Assembly (NCBI GenBank): GCA_963746875.1
Contig: CAVVDA010000002.1
Location: 378,610 to 442,609 of the forward strand
Direction of reading: 5' to 3'
DNA length: 64,000 nucleotides
Origin: Thermoanaerobaculia bacterium
GTDB taxonomy: Bacteria; Acidobacteriota; Thermoanaerobaculia; UBA5066
Every line of letters starts with the position of its first letter. Position 1 is the first letter of the stretch. Positions 58,363 through 64,000 of this stretch are shown here, piece by piece. The notes beneath the pieces were generated by a model. The model was not told the origin of the DNA. It did no database searches and worked only from the letters and a program-made list of their open reading frames with translations. The position numbers were made by a program, and so were the translations under genes.

Positions 58363-58719
58363 TTGCGAAAGGTAGAGAGCGGCCGGATCGGCGAAGACAT
58401 CGCCTGCGCCCTACTAGCAGAAAATTCTCTTCTCGTCCTCGCCCGAAACGTCCGCTACCCGGACGGGGAAATCGACATCGTGGCCCTGGAAGGCACGACG
58501 ACGGTCTTCGTCGAGGTCAAGCGCCGCCGGGACGGGGCGCTGGGGACGCCGGGCGAGGCCGTCACGCGGACGAAGCGCGCGCGCGTCGTCAGGGCCGCCC
58601 GCCGCTGGCTCGCGGCGCATCCTTCGCGGGCGGGCTCGGTGCGCTTCGACGTCGTCGCCGTTCAGGACGATCCCCCTTCGGTCGAGTGGCTGCGCGGGGC
58701 GTTCGACGCGTCCCGGTGA
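58363..58719 (+). CDS. yraN: YraN (UPF0102) family endonuclease; TTG start (alternative GTG 58300; the ATG-58219 ORF is probably over-extended)
   Basis: GRIGEDIACALL...ARNVRYPDGEIDIVALEG...FVEVKRRR. Confidence 0.7.
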   Translation: MRKVESGRIGEDIACALLAENSLLVLARNVRYPDGEIDIVALEGTTTVFVEVKRRRDGALGTPGEAVTRTKRARVVRAARRWLAAHPSRAGSVRFDVVAVQDDPPSVEWLRGAFDASR

Positions 58720-58744
58720 GCCGACGGTTCGAGTGTTTCGTTCT

Positions 58745-58786
58745 GAAAAAACGAGGCCCGGCTCGTGCCGGGCCTCGGATTCGACT
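58745..58786 (-). terminator. intrinsic terminator downstream of tRNA-Gly
   Basis: GAGGCCCGG-cacgag-CCGGGCCTC hairpin followed by TTTTTT on the minus strand. Confidence 0.6.
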
Positions 58787-58787
58787 T

Positions 58788-58862
<75 letters not shown>

Positions 58863-58924
58863 TCAGGAGCGCGGAATATAGCAGCGTTCGGGCTGCCAGG
58901 GAAGGTCCGCAGGCGGGCCGGCGC

Positions 58925-59326
58925 TCAGGAAGGTCGCGCGCTGAAGTGCGGCGTCGGCTTCAGGATGTCTGCGGGGCCCGGTGTCGGCGTGGGCACGATC
59001 TTGTCGCCCGGCTCTCCGCCCGGCGTCCGACTGATTCCGGGCGTCCGCAGCGGGTCGAGCTTTCCGATTCCGGGAGTGCGCGAGCCGCGCAGCTCGGGGG
59101 TGGGGTTGGGAGTCGGGATGATCTCGGGCGCTGGCGTCGCCGGTGGCGAACCCTCCGGCCGCGGCGAGGGCGTCACCTGGGGCGTGAGCTCGAGCGGCGG
59201 AACCGGCGTCGGAGCCGGCCTCGGAACGGGTGGAGGAACGGGTGTCGGAACGGGCGTCGCCTCCTGGATCGCACCTGCCGTCGCGCCGCCCAGGACCCCC
59301 GCCAGGATCAGCGCTTTGTAATTCAT
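58925..59326 (-). CDS. secreted proline-rich protein
   Basis: signal peptide then PxP repeats. Confidence 0.4.
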   Translation of the reverse strand: MNYKALILAGVLGGATAGAIQEATPVPTPVPPPVPRPAPTPVPPLELTPQVTPSPRPEGSPPATPAPEIIPTPNPTPELRGSRTPGIGKLDPLRTPGISRTPGGEPGDKIVPTPTPGPADILKPTPHFSARPS

Positions 59327-59381
59327 GCCCCTCCTGGTGGGCAAAAGGCACGGCGCATGCCAGCCGCGCCGTTTTGCCGCG

Positions 59382-59805
59382 TCACGCCGCCGCGCGGACG
59401 ACGACGACGGGGCAGAGCGCCTCGCAGACGACGCGCATCGCGACGCTGCCGAAGACGAGCCGCGACACTCCCGTTCGACCCTGCGTGCCGAGGACGAGGA
59501 GCGCCGCGTTCGCTCGCGCCGCCGCTTCCACGAGCACCGTGTGCGGCGTGCCGTCGAGAAGCTCGATGCGCACCGCGACGCCTTCGGCTCTCGGCCCGGC
59601 GCCTCAGCGCCTCGAGCTTCTTCAGGCAGATCGCGCGGAGCGGCGCCACTTCGCCGATGCCGTGGTCGAGCAGGACTTCGGTCGGGATGACGTGCGCCAC
59701 GACGAGCTCGGCCGACCGCAGCTTCGCCTCGTCGAGCGCGGTCAGGAACGCGCGGTCGGACGCGGGCGAGAAGTCCGTTCCGAAAAAGATGGTCCCGTCG
59801 CTCAT
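59382..59805 (-). CDS. universal stress protein (UspA family); one frame change
   Basis: GTDFSPASDRAFLTALDEAKLRSAELVVAHV ... ALLVLGTQGRTGVSRLVFGSVAMRVV. Confidence 0.7.
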
Positions 59806-59827
59806 GGAGTCCTCCGATCCTGCCAGG

Positions 59828-60283
59828 TCACCCGCGGGCTCGGCCGGATTTCTTCGGCGGCCCGATCTTCACCACACGCTTCGTCCGGTTCGCGCGCGCG
59901 GGCGCGGGAACCTGCTCGGCGAGGAGCCGCAGGAGGTCCGAGACGGTGACGATGCCCGCCAGCTTGCCGTCCGCCTCGATCACCGGCAGGCAGCCGATGT
60001 TCCAGCCGCGCATGACGTTCGCGGCCTGGCGCACGGGCATGGCCGGCGTCGCCTTGACCGCGTAGGCGGTCATCATCGCGGAGATCGGGCGCATGCGGCG
60101 GATCTCGTCGCGGTCCCGCCCGCCGAGGTCGCGCGCGGACACGACGCCGACGACTTCACCGCCTTCGCCGGTCACGACGAGGTGATGGATGCGCTTCCAG
60201 CGCATCAGATTCCAGGCCGCTTCCGCGTTTTCCGTGTGGGCGACGGTCTGGACGCGCCTCGTCATGATGTCCTGGACTCGCAT
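59828..60283 (-). CDS. CBS-pair domain protein
   Basis: intact 151 aa; two CBS motifs. Confidence 0.75.
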   Translation of the reverse strand: MRVQDIMTRRVQTVAHTENAEAAWNLMRWKRIHHLVVTGEGGEVVGVVSARDLGGRDRDEIRRMRPISAMMTAYAVKATPAMPVRQAANVMRGWNIGCLPVIEADGKLAGIVTVSDLLRLLAEQVPAPARANRTKRVVKIGPPKKSGRARG

Positions 60284-60379
60284 GAAACCCTCCCTTCATA
60301 CAATCGGGAGGTGACGAGCGTCACGCCATGAGCCACCTGAATCAGGCACAATGGGCGAGGTTCCGGAGAGGTGAGTTTC

Positions 60380-60805
60380 ATGGCGACGATCGCGGGCCGG
60401 AGCGACGCTCCCGGCCTTCAGGAGATTGAGCGGGAGCACGAGCTTCAGATCGCGCTCGTCGACGCTTTCGAAAAGGCCGCAAACGCGAACGAGCGTCTCG
60501 AGGCGAAGAAAATCCTCGAGGAGATGGCGGGCCTTTCCGCGACGCACTTCCAGGCCGAGGAGCTCGTCATGCGTTTGCATCAGTACCCGGCCTTCGAAGC
60601 GCACGCCGCCGAGCACGTGAGGCTGATCCGGGAGATGAACGAGCTGCTGCGCCAGAGCGCGTCCGGCACGCTGGAGATGACCCTGGAGCTCGCCGAACGC
60701 CTCCGGCGCACGCTCAGGGGTCATCTCCGCTCGACCGACCACGCCCTCGCGACGTTCATTCGCCGCGAGGGCGCCGCGAAACCTCCGGGGGCGCCTTCGG
60801 CCTGA
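60380..60805 (+). CDS. hemerythrin-like (HHE cation-binding) protein
   Basis: HELQIALVD...THFQAEELVM...HAAEHVRLI...LRGHLRSTD. Confidence 0.55.
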   Translation: MATIAGRSDAPGLQEIEREHELQIALVDAFEKAANANERLEAKKILEEMAGLSATHFQAEELVMRLHQYPAFEAHAAEHVRLIREMNELLRQSASGTLEMTLELAERLRRTLRGHLRSTDHALATFIRREGAAKPPGAPSA

Positions 60806-60841
60806 CGCCCCCGGACGGTCGTCCGCTTTCCAGCGGTCCGC

Positions 60842-63800
60842 TCAGAAGATGACGCGGACGCCGAGCTGCACCTGGCGCGGGTCGCCGGAGCCGCTCTGGA
60901 CGGTGCCGTCGAAGTTGAAGATCAGGTTCGTGACCTCGGGGCTCCTGGTGTTCTTCGAGTTGAAGATGTTGAAGACCTCGAAGATGGGCTCCACGGTCAC
61001 GGCGCCCAGGCCGAAGGCCCGCGAGATGCGCAGGTCGAGGGACGAAAACTGGTTATCCTTTCGCCCGGTGTTCCGCTCGACGACCGTCGAGCCCGCGGTG
61101 CAGGCGGCGTTGACGACAGCCGAGCAGCGGTCCTGCGGCGTGTTCGCGACGGCGCCGGTCGCGGTGAGCGAGAGTGGCTGCGCCGAGCGGTACGAGTACC
61201 TCAGGTTCAAATTGATTTCGCCCGGGGCAGTCCAGAGTATCCAGCCGTTGACGCGGTGGCGCTGGTCGCGGTCCGAGTAGCCGTACTCGGGGCCCAGGTC
61301 GGTGATCTTCGCGTAGCGGAACGTGAACGGATCGCGCTCGTTGTCGTCGTCCGACTTGTCCCAGGAGAGCGTGTAGTTGAGCTGGAAGCCCCAGCGGTTC
61401 GCGTACCGCTTGTTCACGCCGAACGTGACGCCGTTATAGAGCGAGTGGCCCGTCGAGGAGTGGACGTAGAGGGCGCCGATCCCGTTGGTGTTGCCGCCGC
61501 TCGCGTCCGGGAGGCCCGTCGACCAGGGCGAACCGAGGAGCGGGTCGTTGAGGTTGAGGAAGCGCGTGAGGTGCGTGGTGTGCGCGTAGTTGTACTTCAA
61601 GAGGACGCCGTAGTCCTTCAGGACCTCGCGCTCGAATCCCACGCTGGCAGCGACGGTCTTCGGGTTCTGGAAATCGCTGTTGAAGACGTGCACGTCCGGG
61701 TGGTCCGGACTGCCGGTGGTCTGGTCCGGCGGAACGAGGTTCGGGTACGTCGGGGGGGTGAGGCCGAAGCCGTTGAAAAAGCTCGCGCGGAAGATGTTCT
61801 GGCCGACGCTGCCGTTCGTGCTGCGCACGGAGGCCACGACGAGGCCCGGGATGCGGGCGTAGAAGATGCCGCCGTTCGCGCGGACGACGGTTTTCCCGTC
61901 GTTCGACGGGTCCCACGTGATGCCGAGGCGCGGCTGCCACATCTTCTTGTCCGACGGGAGCGTCCCGTCCGACGGGAACTGCTGACCGTTGACGGTCTTG
62001 CCGATGAAGGGCGCGAAGAAAACCTGCGACGGCGGCGTGATCGGGTCGGGCTCGATCTGCGCTTCCCAGCGGAGGCCCGCCTGGATCGTCAGGTTCGGGA
62101 GCGGCTGCCACTTGTCCTGGATGAACACCGCCGGCTCGTCCTGCGGGATCGACTGCGTTCCCGCCTGCTCGGCCGTCAGGCCGTTGACGCCCGCGAACTG
62201 GAGGAACAGGAGGAGCGGTCCGGTGATCGTAGAGCCCGCGGGGCACGCGCCCGTCTCGGAGTGCGAGCCGTTCGAGCACTCGACGTATTTCGGGTTCCGC
62301 GCGTAGTTCAGGAAGCCGTCGGTCGAGTCGAAGATGTAGCGCCCGTTCGCGAAGCCGAGGAACGTCTGGTTCGACTCCACGCGGTTGTACTCGACGCCGG
62401 CCTTGATCTCGTGCTTGCCCATGATGTACGTGAGGTTGTCGTTGAACTGGATGCGCGTGTCGTAGTACGTGACGGGGATGAAGAATGGCTCGCCGAAGCG
62501 GTAGCTGCGGCCGAAGTCGAAGGCCGTGTCGGGGAGCGGCCGGGCCTGTCCCGTTATGTCCTGGTGGTTGTAGGGGCGGGGGCGGTCCTCCCGCGAGAAC
62601 TGCCCGCGGAACTCGTTCAGGACCTGCGGCGAGAAGGTGGAGAGGACGGCCCCGGAGATCGTGTTCGAATTGTCCTGCTCGGACGCGTTCGCGCTGAGGC
62701 CCCACGAGTCCACGTCGAAGGTGCCGTTCTCCTGCACCGACCACGTGTAGTTGTACCGAAGGGTCACGAGGTTCTTGTCGTTCGCGTTCCAGTCGAACTT
62801 CGCGAGGAAGACCTTCGCGTCGTTCGAGCGGTCGACCGGTGCGTTCTCGTTCGGGTAGCCGAGCGTCGCGAAGTAGTCGACGACGCTCGGCTCGATGCGG
62901 TTCGCCTCGGTCTGCTTCGTGGAGCGCCCACGCTGGTAGTCGAAGGATGAGAAGAAGAAGAGCTTGTCCTTCACGAACGGCCCCCCGATCGTCGCGCCCG
63001 CCTGGGTCTGGCTGAAGTCGAAGGCGGGCTTGGACGAGTCGTCGGCGCGCTTCGGCCGCGCCGAGAGCGAGTCGTCCTTGTAGTAGCCGTGGACCGAGCC
63101 GTGGAAGTCGTTCGTGCCCGACTTCGTGACGACGTTCACGAAGCCCGAAGACGAGCGTCCGAACTCGGCGTTCGCGCCGTCAGCGACGACCACGACCTCC
63201 TTGACGGCGTCGAGATTGAACGTGAAGGCGGGACGCTGGCCGCCCCGCTGCTCGCCGAAGAACGGGTTGTTGAAGTCGGCCCCGTCGACGGAGACGTTGT
63301 TCTGGATCCCCTTCTGTCCGTTGATCGAGAGCTCGTCGCCGTCGGGTCCCTGCACGATCGCGACCCCGGGCGTCAGCTTCGTGAAGTCCAGGTAGTTGCG
63401 CCCGTTGTTCGGGAGCGATTCGACGGCCCTGTCGTCGATGCGTGTCGAGCCCTCGGCGCGCGTCGTCTCGACGACAGGGGCCGCGGCGGTCACGGTCACG
63501 GACTCCGCCCGCTGGGAGAGCTTGAGCGCAAGAGGGAGGTTGATCGTCTGGCCGAGGCCGAGGTCGAGTCCCTCGCGGACGAGCGTGGCGAACCCCGCCA
63601 GGCTCACGGTGACCCGGTACGGGCCCAGCGGCAGGGCGAGGCCGCGGAAGCGGCCGTCCGCGCCCGTTATCGTGGTTTTTTCGAAGTTCGTGGCCGTGTT
63701 GCGGAGCGCGACCGAGGCTCCGGGCAAAGGAGCGCCCGCCTCGTCGGAGACGGTGCCCTCGATGACGCCCGTCGTGGCCTGCGACTGGGCGAGCAGGACG

Positions 63801-63862
63801 CCCGGCAGGGCCGCGAGAAGGAGGGCCAGACCGACGGCTACAGTTCGAAAACGCAGCATCAC
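60842..63862 (-). CDS. TonB-dependent receptor with N-terminal carboxypeptidase-regulatory-like domain
   Basis: intact 1006 aa; signal peptide; GVIEGTVSDEAGAPLPGASVAL; plug; C-terminal ...GVRVIF. Confidence 0.85.
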   Translation of the reverse strand: MMLRFRTVAVGLALLLAALPGVLLAQSQATTGVIEGTVSDEAGAPLPGASVALRNTATNFEKTTITGADGRFRGLALPLGPYRVTVSLAGFATLVREGLDLGLGQTINLPLALKLSQRAESVTVTAAAPVVETTRAEGSTRIDDRAVESLPNNGRNYLDFTKLTPGVAIVQGPDGDELSINGQKGIQNNVSVDGADFNNPFFGEQRGGQRPAFTFNLDAVKEVVVVADGANAEFGRSSSGFVNVVTKSGTNDFHGSVHGYYKDDSLSARPKRADDSSKPAFDFSQTQAGATIGGPFVKDKLFFFSSFDYQRGRSTKQTEANRIEPSVVDYFATLGYPNENAPVDRSNDAKVFLAKFDWNANDKNLVTLRYNYTWSVQENGTFDVDSWGLSANASEQDNSNTISGAVLSTFSPQVLNEFRGQFSREDRPRPYNHQDITGQARPLPDTAFDFGRSYRFGEPFFIPVTYYDTRIQFNDNLTYIMGKHEIKAGVEYNRVESNQTFLGFANGRYIFDSTDGFLNYARNPKYVECSNGSHSETGACPAGSTITGPLLLFLQFAGVNGLTAEQAGTQSIPQDEPAVFIQDKWQPLPNLTIQAGLRWEAQIEPDPITPPSQVFFAPFIGKTVNGQQFPSDGTLPSDKKMWQPRLGITWDPSNDGKTVVRANGGIFYARIPGLVVASVRSTNGSVGQNIFRASFFNGFGLTPPTYPNLVPPDQTTGSPDHPDVHVFNSDFQNPKTVAASVGFEREVLKDYGVLLKYNYAHTTHLTRFLNLNDPLLGSPWSTGLPDASGGNTNGIGALYVHSSTGHSLYNGVTFGVNKRYANRWGFQLNYTLSWDKSDDDNERDPFTFRYAKITDLGPEYGYSDRDQRHRVNGWILWTAPGEINLNLRYSYRSAQPLSLTATGAVANTPQDRCSAVVNAACTAGSTVVERNTGRKDNQFSSLDLRISRAFGLGAVTVEPIFEVFNIFNSKNTRSPEVTNLIFNFDGTVQSGSGDPRQVQLGVRVIF

Positions 63863-64000
63863 AGCCTCCTTGAAATACGAGAGTTGAAAACGAAGTGACG
63901 AGTCGCTTCGCGGAATGGCGGAACGCTATTGGGAGGCCAGTTCCCAGTCAAGCTATTTTCGCGGGAGCCCGTCCGCGAGGGCTTTCTGTCTTCTCCCGAG

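Overview
High-GC (about 70%) bacterial chromosomal window. The carboxypeptidase-regulatory-like TonB-dependent receptor, several ECF sigma/anti-sigma pairs and a MacAB efflux system suggest Acidobacteriota-like, but that is inference. Gene order: (1) 1-10.9 kb is a purine-catabolism, selenium-dependent-molybdenum-hydroxylase-type neighbourhood: XdhD/MOP-like Mo-hydroxylase, ThrC-like, second fold-type-II PLP enzyme, SsnA, short YgfK, YgeW, YgeY. (2) 10.9-41 kb is housekeeping and accessory genes: sua5, macAB plus a second FtsX permease, proBA, ALDH, pepP, mutL, rhomboid, two ECF sigma/anti-sigma pairs, typA, CpcT-like, cupredoxin, PcnB/CCA-like, an ArnT-like glycosyltransferase. (3) 41-49.7 kb is a lower-GC island that is a chromosomal integron: intI at 48741-49694 is co-directional with an array of four or more cassettes. 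The attC sites are near-identical (GCTGTCTAAC...GTTAGACAGC). Two of them are each interrupted by a nearly identical IS110-family (IS1111-attC-type) element. (4) 49.8-64 kb carries etfBA, a membrane HdrD-like Fe-S oxidoreductase, a B12-binding radical-SAM protein, YraN, tRNA-Gly(GCC), usp, a CBS protein, a hemerythrin-like protein and a large TonB-dependent receptor. Two cross-cutting observations: (a) many conserved genes are broken by single-nucleotide frame changes; the one junction I dissected sits at a G homopolymer (ctcGGGccgg), which points to assembly indel error rather than real pseudogenes; (b) a dispersed low-GC repeat family of about 30-45 bp (core TTCTnAGAA / TTCGAAGAAATCTTC inside CT/GA tracts) occurs at least 15 times in both orientations, intergenic and inside ORFs. 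Inside ORFs it encodes low-complexity linker peptides. All coordinates were counted by hand and may be off by a few bases.
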